DNA of 64,000 nt, taken from assembly GCA_963741945.1 (NCBI GenBank), contig CAVUKA010000003.1, positions 529,051-593,050 of the forward strand, given 5' to 3'. Both the position numbers and the translations under genes were made by a program. A model generated the notes under the pieces. The model had not been told where the DNA came from and did no database searches. It worked only from the letters and a program-made list of their open reading frames with translations. Positions within the stretch are counted from its first letter, which is position 1. Every line of letters starts with the position of its first letter. Positions 1 through 10,314 of the stretch are shown here, in pieces. This stretch comes from an uncultured Gemmatimonadales bacterium. GTDB taxonomy: Bacteria; Gemmatimonadota; Gemmatimonadetes; Longimicrobiales; RSA9.

Positions 1-1550
1 AGCACCTTCCCCTCCCACTCGTCCAGCTCCTCCGTGACGAATCGCTCCGAGTTCACCAGTGTCTGTTTGCGGCGGTACTCCCCGGGGACGCGATCCAGGT
101 TCGCGCGCGTGACCTCGAGGTAATAGCCGAAGACCTTGTTGTATCCCACCTTGAGCGACCCGATCCCCGTGCGCTCCCGCTCCCGCGCCTGAAGCGACGC
201 GATGAAGTCCCGGGCGCCATCGCGCGTGTCGCGCAGGTCGTCCAGCTCCGGGTCGAAGCCCGAGCGGATGACGCCGCCATCGGCCAGCGCGGCAGGCGGA
301 TCGTCGGCCAGTGCCGCAGCGAGCCTCGCGCGCACATCATCCAGGGGGTCGAGGCCGTCGCGGAGCGAGGACAGGAGTGGCGAGGTGGCGTCGGCCAGGG
401 CATCCACGACGGCCGGAAGCCGGGCCAGCGAATCGCCCAGCGCCGCGAGCTCCCGTGGATTCACGCGCCCGGTCCCCACCTTCCCCGCGAGCCGCTCCAG
501 GTCCCTGACCTGCTTCAGCTCGGCGCGCAGGGAGCGACGCAGCGCGGGACCGTCCACCAGATCGGCCACCGCCTCCTGGCGGCGCCAGATCGGCTCCGGC
601 GTCACGAGCGGACGGAGGAGCCACCGGCGAAGGAGGCGGGCGCCCATGGCGGTGACCGTCTCGTCCACCACGTCCAGGAGCGTGGCGGCGGCGCCCGCGG
701 GCGCATCGGCCCGGAGCGGCGTGGTCAGCTCAAGGTTGCGGCGGGTCATGTCGTCGAGGGCCATGGCCTCTCCCGGGCGCTCGACCCGGGGGCGACGCAG
801 CGCTTCGGCGGACGAGGGCTGCACTTCACGAACGTAGGCGAGGAGTGCGCCGAGCGCGCCGATCAGAGGCTCATCCCCGTCCTGGAACCCCAGTCCGTCC
901 AGGGTGTGGAGGGCGAAATGCCGGCGAAGCTCCTCGGCGGCGAGATCCGGGTCGAACAGCCAGTCGGGCCGGCAGGTCACGCTGGCCCCGTCGAACCCCG
1001 GGGCGCCCTCGCGGGCGCGAGGCAGGAGAACTTCGGCCGGCTCGAAGCGGGCGAGCTCCGCCTCCAGCCGCTCCGGGGCCACGCGGGTGCCCAGGAACTC
1101 GCCCGTGCTCACGTCCACCGCGGCGAGAGCGGTGTCTCCACCGTCCGCCTGGAGCACGGCCACCAGCCAGTTGTTGCGCCGCGCGTCCAGGAGCGGGTCG
1201 GCCGTGATCGCGCCCGGCGTAACCGTCTCGACCACTTCCCGCCGCACGATGTCCGTGGCCTCGGCCGGGTCCTCCACCTGCTCGCAGATCGCGACGCGCC
1301 GCCCGAGGCGCACCAGGCGCTCCAGGTATTCGTTCTTCGCCTTGACGGGGATCCCCGCGAGAGGGACCCTCGCCGCGCCGCCGTTGTTGCGAGACGTGAG
1401 GGTGAGGCCCAGGAGGCGAGCGCCCTCCTCCGCGTCCTCATTGAACATCTCGTAGAAGTCGCCCACGCGGAAGAAGACGATGGCGTCCGCGTGGCGCGAC
1501 TTGGCCTCGCGCCACTGGCGCATCAGGGGGGTGTCTTCCTGCTTCGGCAT
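1..1550 (-). CDS. mutS: DNA mismatch repair protein MutS, N-terminal ~516 codons (3-prime part lies beyond window start)
   Basis: Hand translation of the minus strand from ATG 1550-1548 gives MPKQEDTPLMRQWREAKSRHADAIVFFRVGDFYEMFNEDAEEGARLLGLTLTSRNNGGAARVPLAGIPVKAKNEYLERLVRLGRRVAICEQVEDP, the MutS domain I signature. Codons at the window edge read LVNSERFVTEELDEWEGKV. The frame has no stop inside the window, so it is absent from the ORF track. Confidence 0.9.
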   Translation of the reverse strand, partial: MPKQEDTPLMRQWREAKSRHADAIVFFRVGDFYEMFNEDAEEGARLLGLTLTSRNNGGAARVPLAGIPVKAKNEYLERLVRLGRRVAICEQVEDPAEATDIVRREVVETVTPGAITADPLLDARRNNWLVAVLQADGGDTALAAVDVSTGEFLGTRVAPERLEAELARFEPAEVLLPRAREGAPGFDGASVTCRPDWLFDPDLAAEELRRHFALHTLDGLGFQDGDEPLIGALGALLAYVREVQPSSAEALRRPRVERPGEAMALDDMTRRNLELTTPLRADAPAGAAATLLDVVDETVTAMGARLLRRWLLRPLVTPEPIWRRQEAVADLVDGPALRRSLRAELKQVRDLERLAGKVGTGRVNPRELAALGDSLARLPAVVDALADATSPLLSSLRDGLDPLDDVRARLAAALADDPPAALADGGVIRSGFDPELDDLRDTRDGARDFIASLQARERERTGIGSLKVGYNKVFGYYLEVTRANLDRVPGEYRRKQTLVNSERFVTEELDEWEGKV

Positions 1551-1734
1551 CCGGTTCGGCGTGGTGGCGCGGCATCGGCTCGATCGTGCGGAACGATAGC
1601 GGGGCTGCGGCCGTGGCTGCAACCGCCTTGACCTCGCCGGCCGCGGGGCCTTAGCATCCATCATCACTCGTCGCTCCGACGCAGGAGCAGGCCCCTGCCT
1701 GCCCGCGCGGAGCGACCGTGTTCTACCCCCTGGA

Positions 1735-3792
1735 ATGATGCCGCGGACCCTACCGCCGGACACAGCCAGAGATCCAGAGCTGGAACCACCGGCTCTCGAG
1801 CCGGACTCCCAACTCGCGCTCGGCGCCGCCGTGCTCGAGTCCACCGGTGAAGCGGTGCTGTCCGTGGACCGCGACGGCCGGATCCTGACCTGGAACGAGG
1901 CCGCCCGCTCGCTCTTCGGGATGTCCGCTCGCCAGGTCATCGGCATCCGCCTCGTCGAGCTTTCCCCCGCCGGTCCGCTCCAGGATCGGGTGGCCGACCT
2001 GCTGGACCGCGCCCTCGATGGCGGTGCGTGGCAGGGAGACCTGGTGGTGACGGACCGGGGCGGCCGCGCTGTTCCCATTCTCGCCACCGTCACGCCGCTG
2101 CGGGACCCGGAACAGCGGATCATTGGTGGCGTGTGCGTGGCCCGGGAGGGCACAGATCGCACGGCGGCGGCCGAAGCACTGCGGCGCTCGGAGCAGCGCG
2201 CGGACATGGTGCGCGCCGCATCGGACTCGGTCATCTGGGAGATGGACCTGCGGAGCGGCACCCTGCAGTGGAGCGACGCCATCACGTCCACGTTCGGCTA
2301 CCCCCCCGATTCGGTCGAGCCGTCGGAGACGTGGTGGCGGGAGCGGATCCACCCGGACGATCGGCCACGGGTGGAGGATCGGCTGCGCGCCATCCTGGAG
2401 GAGGGCGCGCGGTTCTGGACCGAGGAATACCGGTTCCGGCGCCACGACGGCGGGTACGCCCTCGTGTTCGACCGGGCCCACGTTGCGTACGACGAGCACG
2501 GCGTGGCGGTGGGAGCGGTCGGCGCGATGGTGGACCTGACGGAGCGGCGCCGGCTGCGGGAAGAGCAGCGGCTGCTGTCCCAGGCGAGCATGATCCTCGA
2601 CCTCTCGCTGGATCCCGAGACCACGCTCCCCACGATCGCGCGCCTGACCACCACCATCCTGGCCGACATCTGCTTCGTTCGCGTCGACCCGGGCGATGGG
2701 TTTCCGGGGCTCACCACGGCCTCCCATTCCGACCCTCGCCTGCAGTGGGTGGTGGACGAGATCGCCGGGTTCGTCGACGGCAGCGGACTGGAGTCCGAAG
2801 TGCTGCAAGCGGTGCGGCGGGCGGGCGAGCCGCTTCTGTTCGCCCGCATCCCGGAGAGCGCCATGGACCAGCTGGCGATCGAGGGCAGGGCGCGGACGCT
2901 GGCGCGGGACCTCGGCGCACGCAGCGCCGTCGCGGTCCCGTTGCGGGCCAAGCGCGGGCTGGTGGGCGTGTTGCTGGTGGCCCGGACCGCGGGCACGGAC
3001 CCGTACGACGAAGCGGACGTCCACGTGCTGGAAGAGCTGGGGCGCCGGATCGGCCTGGCGGTGGACCATGCTCGGCTGTTCCAGGAAGCCCAGCTGGCGA
3101 ATCGGGCCAAGTCCGACTTCCTGGCGGTGATCAGTCACGAGCTCCGGACGCCGCTCACGGCCGTCCTGGGCTATGCCGACCTCCTCTCCGCGGAAGTGTC
3201 CGGCCCTCTGAACGAGAAGCAGAAGCACCAAGTGGACCGGATCCGGGCGGGCTCGGACCGCCTGCTCCAGCTCATCGAGGGGATCCTGGCGTTCGCCCGC
3301 CTGAAGGCCGGTACGGAGCGGGTGCGACGCCAGGCCGTGAAGCTGCAGCCGCTCCTCGAACGCCTGTCCGCCGTGCTTGGACCACGGATCCGGGAGGACG
3401 GAAGCACCCTCGTCATGGAGACGTCCATGGCCCCCGACGTGATGCCGACGGACGAGGAGAAGCTGCTCCAGATCCTGGTGGCGCTGCTGCTCAACGCCAT
3501 GAAGTTCGCCCATCACGGAGCCATCCGGCTCCACGTAGGGCGGCAGGATGGCCGCGTCACCTTCGATGTGAGCGACAACGGAAGCGGGATCGCCCCCGAG
3601 CACCTGCCCCACATCTTCAATCCTTTCTGGCAGGCGGAGCAGCCCGCTACGCGGAGGGCGGGCGGCGCGGGGCTGGGCCTCAGCCTGGCGAGGCGAACGG
3701 CCCGGCTCCTGCACGGCGACGTGGTGGTCCTCGAGAGCTCGCCGGCCGGCACCACTTTCCGCCTCGAAATTCCGGAGGAAGTGGCGCAATGA
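1735..3792 (+). CDS. Sensor histidine kinase (PAS-PAS-GAF-HisKA-HATPase architecture)
   Basis: 685-aa ORF. H-box SHELRTPLTAVLGYADLL, N-box LLLNAMKFA, G-boxes DNGSGI and GGAGLGLSLARR. PAS-like segments (ILTWNEAARSLFG, LQWSDAITSTFGY) and a GAF-like segment precede the H-box. Confidence 0.85.
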   Translation: MMPRTLPPDTARDPELEPPALEPDSQLALGAAVLESTGEAVLSVDRDGRILTWNEAARSLFGMSARQVIGIRLVELSPAGPLQDRVADLLDRALDGGAWQGDLVVTDRGGRAVPILATVTPLRDPEQRIIGGVCVAREGTDRTAAAEALRRSEQRADMVRAASDSVIWEMDLRSGTLQWSDAITSTFGYPPDSVEPSETWWRERIHPDDRPRVEDRLRAILEEGARFWTEEYRFRRHDGGYALVFDRAHVAYDEHGVAVGAVGAMVDLTERRRLREEQRLLSQASMILDLSLDPETTLPTIARLTTTILADICFVRVDPGDGFPGLTTASHSDPRLQWVVDEIAGFVDGSGLESEVLQAVRRAGEPLLFARIPESAMDQLAIEGRARTLARDLGARSAVAVPLRAKRGLVGVLLVARTAGTDPYDEADVHVLEELGRRIGLAVDHARLFQEAQLANRAKSDFLAVISHELRTPLTAVLGYADLLSAEVSGPLNEKQKHQVDRIRAGSDRLLQLIEGILAFARLKAGTERVRRQAVKLQPLLERLSAVLGPRIREDGSTLVMETSMAPDVMPTDEEKLLQILVALLLNAMKFAHHGAIRLHVGRQDGRVTFDVSDNGSGIAPEHLPHIFNPFWQAEQPATRRAGGAGLGLSLARRTARLLHGDVVVLESSPAGTTFRLEIPEEVAQ

Positions 3793-3906
3793 CTAGGAAC
3801 TCGGGTGGTTTTCATACCAGCTGGCCTCTATCTTGATGCGCTTTCCGGGGCACCGGGCGCCACCGCCCGGCCCTGAGACGAGAAGAAAGCGCGACGGCCC
3901 CACGCT

Positions 3907-6654
3907 GTGAGCAACGAAAAGAAGAGCCTGGCTTTCGATTCCTACAATGCGGGATACGCGCAGGCCCTCTACGAGGACTACGTGCGCGACCCGTCGTCCG
4001 TGGATGCGCGCTGGGGCGCCATCTTCGGGATGGACCCCGGCCGCACGGGCCTCATTCCCGTATCAAACGGGGGCGGGGCACCGTCGCGGGCGCAGTTGCG
4101 TGCCGCCATGGCGGCCGCGGGGCTGGTGGACGCCTACCGCCTGCACGGTCACAAGGCCGCGCAGCTGGATCCCCTCGGCAGCGCGCCGCCCGGGCATCCC
4201 ATGCTCGCACCGGAGTTCCACGGCATCCGGGCGGACGAGCTGGACGCGATCCCCGCCTCGCTTCTGGGGCTTGGCGACCCGGGCGTCAGCATGCAGACGG
4301 TGCTCGGCTGGCTGCGCCGGACGTACACGGCCACGATCGGCTACGAGTACGAGCACCTGGAGGACCCGACGCGGCGGGAGTGGCTGCGGCGGCGGATCGA
4401 GTCGGGCGAGCACCGGGAGCCTCTGAGCCGGGAAGAGCGGCTGCGGCTCCTGCGTCGCCTTACGGAAGTGGAGTCGCTCGAGCAGTTCCTGCACCGTGCA
4501 TACCTGGGGCAGAAGCGGTTCAGTGTGGAGGGGAACGACATGCTCATCCCCATGCTGGACGTGTCCATCGAGCTGGCCGCGGCCGATGGCGCGCGGGAGG
4601 TGGTGCTGGGGATGGCGCACCGGGGGCGGCTGAACGTGCTGGCCCACGTCATCGGCCGGCCATACGAGAAGATCCTCGGCGAGTTCGAAGGGCAGCAGCT
4701 GGGGAGCGGCACGGGCGACGTGAAGTACCACGTGGGAGCGGATGGCTCCTACCGCACCCGCGAAGGGCAGGAGCTGCCCGTGACCATGGCTCCGAACCCC
4801 AGTCACCTGGAGTTCGTGAACCCGGTGGTGGAAGGGATGGCCCGGGCCAAGCAGACGGACCGGAGCGGGAGGCGAATCGCCCAGGATGTGGCGCGCGCAC
4901 TCCCGATCCTCATGCACGGCGATGCGGCGTTCGCCGGTCAGGGGATCGTGGCCGAGACGCTCAACCTGGCCCGTCTCGCCGGGTACGAGACGGGCGGCAC
5001 GCTCCACATCATCGTGAACAACCAGATCGGCTTCACCACCGAGCCGCAGGAAGACCGGTCCACCAGCTACGCCAGCGACCTGGCCCGCGGCTTCGACATC
5101 CCGGTCTTCCACGTCAACGCGGACCACCCGGAAGCCTGCCTCGCCGTGGTCCGGCTCGCCATGGAGTACCGCGCGCGGTTCCAGGCGGACGTGCTGATCG
5201 ACCTGGTGGGGTACCGCCGCTACGGCCACAACGAGGGCGACGAGCCGGCGTACACGCAGCCGCTCATGTACGCGAAAGTGGCCGAGCAACCGACTGTGCT
5301 GAAGCAGTGGGGGGACCGTCTCGTGGAGGAGGGAACGCTCGACCCGGACGAGCGGGAGCGGATCTGGGACGAGGCGTACGAGAAGCTGACCCGCATCCAG
5401 GCCGAGGTGAAGGAGCAGGCCGCGAAAGCGAAGGGGCAGTCAGCCACGCCGCCCGTGGAGCCCGCCACACTGGAAGCCCCCGTGGACACGGCCGTGGACC
5501 GCGAGCAGCTCCTGGCCTACGACCGGCAGCTGCACGGGTGGCCCGATGACTTCCATCCCAACCCGAAGCTGGAGCGCCAGCTGCAGCGCCGTGCCCGCGC
5601 GCTGCCGGACAACGGCGGTGTGGACTGGGCCCACGCGGAATCCCTTGCGTTCGCATCGCTCCTCGCCGAAGGCACGCCGATCCGCCTTTCGGGGCAGGAC
5701 TCGGTGCGGGGCACGTTCAGCCAGCGCCACCTGACGCTCCGGGACGTGGAGAACGGGAGCGGGTACACGCCGCTCGCGGAGCTGACCGAGGCGCGGGCGC
5801 CGTTCGAGGTCTACAACAGCCCGCTCTCCGAGGCCGGCGTGCTCGGCTTCGAATACGGCTACAGCACGGCCACGCCCGCATCGCTCATCCTGTGGGAAGC
5901 CCAGTTCGGCGACTTCGTCAACAGCGCCGAGGTGATCGTCGATCAGTTCATCGTGGCGGGTCGCGCCAAGTGGGGGCAGGAGAGCCGCCTCGTCCTGCTG
6001 CTGCCGCACGGGTACGAAGGACAGGGGCCCGAGCACTCCAGCGCGCGCATGGAGCGGTTCCTCCAGCTGGCCGCCGAAGACAACATCCGGGTGGCCAACT
6101 GCACCACGCCCGCCCAGTACTTCCACCTGCTGCGGCGGCAGGCGCGTCTCAGCGAGCTGCGGCCTCTGGTGGTGTTCACGCCCAAGAGCCTGCTCCGCCA
6201 CCCGCGTGCGGTGTCCAGCCCGGACGAGCTGAGCCAGGGCCGGTTCAACCTGGTCCTGGACGACACCGAGGCGCGCGAGCGCGAGGCCGACATCCGGCGC
6301 ATCGTCCTCTGCAGCGGCAAGGTCTTCTACGATCTCACCGGGAGCGAGCAGCGAAAGGAGAGCGGCGACGTGGCCGTGGTCCGGGTCGAGCAGCTCTACC
6401 CCTGCCCCGAGGACGCCCTCGTCGAAATCCTGGATTCATACCCGAACGCGCGCGAGCTCGTGTGGACGCAGGAGGAGCCCGCCAACATGGGCGCGTGGAC
6501 CTACATGCGCCCGTGGCTGCAGCGCCTCGCGGGCGACCGCTTCGATGTCGCCTACGCGGGTCGCCCCGCGCGCGCCAGCCCGGCCGAGGGGTACAAGAAG
6601 GCCCACGACGCCCAGCAATCCCGCATCGTCCGCGAAGCGTTCGCGTCGTCGTGA
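3907..6654 (+). CDS. sucA: 2-oxoglutarate dehydrogenase E1 component
   Basis: 915-aa ORF with a GTG start. N-terminus FDSYNAGYAQALYEDYVRDPSSVD, then HRGRLNVLAHVIGRPYEKILGEFEG and MHGDAAFAGQGIVAETLNL, typical of the OGDH E1 family. Confidence 0.93.
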   Translation: MSNEKKSLAFDSYNAGYAQALYEDYVRDPSSVDARWGAIFGMDPGRTGLIPVSNGGGAPSRAQLRAAMAAAGLVDAYRLHGHKAAQLDPLGSAPPGHPMLAPEFHGIRADELDAIPASLLGLGDPGVSMQTVLGWLRRTYTATIGYEYEHLEDPTRREWLRRRIESGEHREPLSREERLRLLRRLTEVESLEQFLHRAYLGQKRFSVEGNDMLIPMLDVSIELAAADGAREVVLGMAHRGRLNVLAHVIGRPYEKILGEFEGQQLGSGTGDVKYHVGADGSYRTREGQELPVTMAPNPSHLEFVNPVVEGMARAKQTDRSGRRIAQDVARALPILMHGDAAFAGQGIVAETLNLARLAGYETGGTLHIIVNNQIGFTTEPQEDRSTSYASDLARGFDIPVFHVNADHPEACLAVVRLAMEYRARFQADVLIDLVGYRRYGHNEGDEPAYTQPLMYAKVAEQPTVLKQWGDRLVEEGTLDPDERERIWDEAYEKLTRIQAEVKEQAAKAKGQSATPPVEPATLEAPVDTAVDREQLLAYDRQLHGWPDDFHPNPKLERQLQRRARALPDNGGVDWAHAESLAFASLLAEGTPIRLSGQDSVRGTFSQRHLTLRDVENGSGYTPLAELTEARAPFEVYNSPLSEAGVLGFEYGYSTATPASLILWEAQFGDFVNSAEVIVDQFIVAGRAKWGQESRLVLLLPHGYEGQGPEHSSARMERFLQLAAEDNIRVANCTTPAQYFHLLRRQARLSELRPLVVFTPKSLLRHPRAVSSPDELSQGRFNLVLDDTEAREREADIRRIVLCSGKVFYDLTGSEQRKESGDVAVVRVEQLYPCPEDALVEILDSYPNARELVWTQEEPANMGAWTYMRPWLQRLAGDRFDVAYAGRPARASPAEGYKKAHDAQQSRIVREAFASS

Positions 6655-6664
6655 GGCCGACCCC

Positions 6665-7432
6665 TCACGCGGCCACGCGGAGATCGGACATCCTGGACCG
6701 GAGCCGCCCGAGCGCGCGGCTCCGGAGCTGGGAGACCCGGGACTCGCTCACACCCAGCCGCCGCCCCACCTCACGGAGCGTCCAGCCTTCGAGGTCGTAG
6801 AGGCGGACGACCAGCCGGTCCCGCTCCTCCAGCCCCTCCAGCTCCCTCAGCAGCCGCTGCACTTCCGCCTGCCGCGTCAGCCGCTCCTCGAGATCGTCTT
6901 CATCGGCGCCACCGCGGAGGACCACGTCCACCAACGGCCTCTCCCCGCTCGCCCCGGCTTCCACCTGGCTGAGCGACACCGTGCGACTCCGCACCGCGTC
7001 CCACTTCCACCGCCACAGCGTCTTCACGTCCACGCCAAGCACCCGCGCCAGCTCCGGGTGCGCCGGGCTCCGGTCCAGGTCCACCGTCAGCCGGCCCTGT
7101 GCCTTACGCATGCGGCGCTGATTCCGCCGCACCGAGCGCGGAACCGTGTCGCGCCGCCGCATCTCGTCCAGCATCGCCCCGCGGATCCGCGTGGCCGCGA
7201 ACGTGCTGAACCGGAATCCGCGATCCGGGTCGTATCCGGCCACAGCTTCCATCAGACCGAGTACGCCCGCGCTCACCAGCTCGCCCGCCTCCATCTCTCC
7301 ACTCGCCTGCGGCAGCATCCGGCCGGCGAAATGGTGCACCAGCGGCAGGTGTCGCTCCACCAGCCGGTTCCGCGCTTCCACATCTCCGTCGCTACGGAAC
7401 CGGACCCAGTCCTGTCGCTCGCTCGACGTCAT
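6665..7432 (-). CDS. fliA: RNA polymerase sigma factor, FliA/WhiG (sigma-28) family
   Basis: 255-aa ORF. Region 2 is RNRLVERHLPLVHHFAGRM followed by GFRFSTFAATRIRGAMLDEMRRRDTVPRSVRR. Region 4.2 HTH is LREVGRRLGVSESRVSQLRSRALGRLR. Confidence 0.8.
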   Translation of the reverse strand: MTSSERQDWVRFRSDGDVEARNRLVERHLPLVHHFAGRMLPQASGEMEAGELVSAGVLGLMEAVAGYDPDRGFRFSTFAATRIRGAMLDEMRRRDTVPRSVRRNQRRMRKAQGRLTVDLDRSPAHPELARVLGVDVKTLWRWKWDAVRSRTVSLSQVEAGASGERPLVDVVLRGGADEDDLEERLTRQAEVQRLLRELEGLEERDRLVVRLYDLEGWTLREVGRRLGVSESRVSQLRSRALGRLRSRMSDLRVAA

Positions 7433-7598
7433 CGTCCGTCACCTTCGTGGGGGGGAGACCCGTGAACCGCACTTCATCGAGGCAACGGTCGTACCGGCGG
7501 GCCGGCGGCGAGCATGGGGCTGTGTAAGGTGTTGTGCTGCAGCGACGTAGGCGCCTTTCGACCGAAGAGCGCACCGGCCGTCCACCGGCGCGGCAGGG

Positions 7599-7655
7599 CG
7601 GCAAACATTGCCGGGCGGGGAACAAATGACCGGTTCCGCGCGGAAATGTATTCCG
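7599..7655. promoter_or_regulatory. Three adjacent short perfect palindromes in a divergent intergenic region
   Basis: CGGCAA-ACA-TTGCCG (7599-7613), GGAAC-N9-GTTCC (7619-7637) and CGGAA-ATGTA-TTCCG (7641-7655), read directly from the sequence. Function unknown. Confidence 0.3.
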
Positions 7656-7780
7656 GCCGACCCGGGGATCCGGCGAGGGGGGCTGAACCCGCGGCGGGGA
7701 GCCGGGTATCACGACCCGGTTGCCCGCGGGGACGGGCGGCTGAATGTTGACTGGAAGGAAGAACCCGCGCCCGGAGAGCG

Positions 7781-8344
7781 ATGGAGCACCTCGTCGTCGT
7801 CCCGCATCCGACCCCGATCGAGCTGGAGGCGCGCTCGATCCGCCACAACGCCGTGCCGGAAGGCGCGGTGGGCCTGGGCTATTACTACGGCGGTCGCCTG
7901 ATCGCGCGCAGCGTGGTGGCTGCGGGCGCGCTGGAGGCCATCCAGGCGCTGCTGTCGTCGCCGGTATCGGTGGCGCTGGCGGCGAGGGAGGATGAGGAGG
8001 GGAACATCGACGGCCGGATCTGCCTGGTGCTGCCGGTGGAGCCGGACGAGGACATGGGGTTCGGGGAGGGGGAGGAAGAGGAGGACGCGGAGCCGTGGCG
8101 CGCGAGTGTTCCGCCGCCGCCTTCGGAGGTCGAGGGGGGATACGAAGGAGGGGGAGCGGAGGACGAGGACGGGGAGCCTCAATACGCGCTGCTGCCCATC
8201 GGCAACGTGATCCGGCCGGCGGCGGACCGGCACCACCCGCGGGAGGTTGCGGGCGACGTGCGGGAGATGCTGGACAACCTGCTTGCGGGGGGCGGCCAGG
8301 ACTCCGTCAAGAAGGCGATCGACGACCTGCTGCGGAGCATCTGA
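7781..8344 (+). CDS. Hypothetical acidic protein (Glu/Asp/Gly-rich central segment)
   Basis: 187-aa ORF with strongly GC-biased third codon positions. GGAGAG lies upstream of the ATG. No family recognised. Confidence 0.6.
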   Translation: MEHLVVVPHPTPIELEARSIRHNAVPEGAVGLGYYYGGRLIARSVVAAGALEAIQALLSSPVSVALAAREDEEGNIDGRICLVLPVEPDEDMGFGEGEEEEDAEPWRASVPPPPSEVEGGYEGGGAEDEDGEPQYALLPIGNVIRPAADRHHPREVAGDVREMLDNLLAGGGQDSVKKAIDDLLRSI

Positions 8345-8349
8345 GGCGA

Positions 8350-10314
8350 TCAGCCAGCGAAGATGTCGGCCACCCGGTGCAGGTAATCCTTCATCTGGAA
8401 CGGCTTGCGGATGAAGCGGTCGGGACGGCGCTGGGCGAGCGAGGCGATCTCGGGGTCCCCGACGTCGCCAGTGACGAAGAGGAAGCGGTCGGCGAGAGCC
8501 GGCCGCTCTTTTTCGATCCAGTCATAGAGGTCGAGGCCGCTTCCGCCGGGCATTTTGACGTCGGAGATGACGAGATCGACGTCCTGCTCCTGGAGGATGG
8601 CGCGGGCGTCGCGGGCGCAGGAGGCAAGGAGCACGTCGGCGTTGAGGCGCGCGAGGAGGCGCCGCTGCAGATCCCGGAGCGAAGACTCGTCTTCGACCAC
8701 CAGCACGCGGGGTCGATGGTCGGGGAGCGCGAGGGCAGGCTCCTGCTCCGAACCCGCCGCGGCCCCGGGCTCCACCCCGGCCGGGAGCGTGATGGTCAGC
8801 TCCGCCCCTATGTCCGTGTTGCGGGCGGTCACCGACCCTCCGAGCTCCGAGAGGAACCGGTGCACGATGGAGAGTCCGAGGCCCGTGCCCTCCCCCACGG
8901 GCTTGGTGGTGAAGAACGGCTCGAACGCCCTGTCCGGATACGGGATGCCCGGCCCCTCGTCCTGGAACTCGATCACCACCCGGCCGCCCCGGGTCGACCG
9001 GCGGATCGCCAGGGTCCCGCCGCCCTGCAGCTTCATGGCGTCGAAGGCGTTGTTCACGATGTTCAGGAACACCTGCTGAAGCCGCTGCGGATCAGCCCGC
9101 ACGTAGAGTCCGTTCTCCCCCTCCATGCGGATGTCCAGGCCGGCCTGAGAGAACGCGTAGCTCCGGATCCCGGTGACCAGCCGGAGCGCGGCGTCGATGC
9201 TCACGGGGCGGGACTCGGAGTCCGTCCGGCGGACGAAGGCCAGGAGGTTCTGGACGAGCTCCCGTGCACGGCGCGCCTCGCCGACGATCGGGTCGAGGAA
9301 CTCGAAGCGGACCTCGTCGGTCGCCACGGTGTCCGTTTCCTGGAGGCGCGCCTCGAGGAGCTCGCCGAAGCCGAGAACGCTCGCGAGGGGGTTGTTCAGC
9401 TCGTGGGCGAGCCCGGCCATCATCCGGCCCATGGCGCTGAGCTTCTCCGTCTGGACCAGCTCTGCCTGCGTCTCCTGCAGGCGCGCGAGCGCCTCGGCGA
9501 GCTCCTCGTTCTGCCGCTCGAGATCCGCTTTCGTGGTGGCGACCTGCTCGGCCATCCGGTTGAAGCTCTGCGCGACAGTGGCGAGCTCGCCGTGGTGGGG
9601 CATGGCGACGCGGGCGCCTAGGTCGCCGGCGCCGAGGCGCGCGGCCGCGGTGGACAGCTCGGCCAGCGGCGCGGCGATCCGGCGGTAGACGTAATGCGCG
9701 GCGGCGAGCGTGACGGCGAAGAGGAAGAGCAGGACCGCCCCGGCGCTGTGGAAGAGGATGTCCATGGCGCGCGCCTGGTGCGAGGCGAGGCGCTGCAGAT
9801 CCGCCTCACGCATCTGTCGGAACCGGGTCACGGCCGCCTGGAGCGCCACCGAATGGGAAAGCGCCGTCTCCGTGGCGCGCTCGGCTTCCGCCCGGTCGCC
9901 GAGACGCACGAGCTGGAAGGCCTCGGCGGCGGCCACTTCCATGGACTGGTGCTGCTCCTTGATGGTCTCGAGCTGTAGCCGCTCGTCGGGAGACAGGTCC
10001 CGGAAGAGGTAGCGTCGGATCTCACGGTACGCGTTCTCGCCCGCGGTCTCGAAGTCCCGGGCGAGCCGCTCCTCCCTCAGCACCGGAAAGACGGCGGCCG
10101 CCAGCATCTGGCGATTGACGGCGCCGACCAGCGCGTCGGCGATGCGCTGTTCTTCCAGGTAGCCGGCCGTCGCTCGCCGGAGATCGGCCTGCATGCGGGC
10201 ATTGAAGTGGATCCCCAGCATCGCCGCAGTGGCGACGGCCGCGAGGTACCCACCCGCCAGGAAGACCAGGTTCCAGCGCAGGGACCTTCGCCGGCGGGTG
10301 GATTCGGGGCTCAT
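8350..10314 (-). CDS. Hybrid sensor histidine kinase (2 TM + helical periplasmic domain, HAMP, HisKA, HATPase, C-terminal receiver)
   Basis: 654-aa ORF. H-box AHELNNPLASVLGFGELL, G-box GTGLGLSIVHRF, and a C-terminal receiver PRVLVVEDESSLRDL...DLVISDVKMPGGSGLDL...FIRKPF. Confidence 0.85.
   Translation of the reverse strand: MSPESTRRRRSLRWNLVFLAGGYLAAVATAAMLGIHFNARMQADLRRATAGYLEEQRIADALVGAVNRQMLAAAVFPVLREERLARDFETAGENAYREIRRYLFRDLSPDERLQLETIKEQHQSMEVAAAEAFQLVRLGDRAEAERATETALSHSVALQAAVTRFRQMREADLQRLASHQARAMDILFHSAGAVLLFLFAVTLAAAHYVYRRIAAPLAELSTAAARLGAGDLGARVAMPHHGELATVAQSFNRMAEQVATTKADLERQNEELAEALARLQETQAELVQTEKLSAMGRMMAGLAHELNNPLASVLGFGELLEARLQETDTVATDEVRFEFLDPIVGEARRARELVQNLLAFVRRTDSESRPVSIDAALRLVTGIRSYAFSQAGLDIRMEGENGLYVRADPQRLQQVFLNIVNNAFDAMKLQGGGTLAIRRSTRGGRVVIEFQDEGPGIPYPDRAFEPFFTTKPVGEGTGLGLSIVHRFLSELGGSVTARNTDIGAELTITLPAGVEPGAAAGSEQEPALALPDHRPRVLVVEDESSLRDLQRRLLARLNADVLLASCARDARAILQEQDVDLVISDVKMPGGSGLDLYDWIEKERPALADRFLFVTGDVGDPEIASLAQRRPDRFIRKPFQMKDYLHRVADIFAG

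Noticed and set aside
6652-6667. TGAGG-N6-CCTCA mini-hairpin spanning the convergent sucA and sigma-factor stop codons
   Set aside because: The stem is only 5 bp and is formed largely by the two stop codons themselves. It is too weak to call a terminator.
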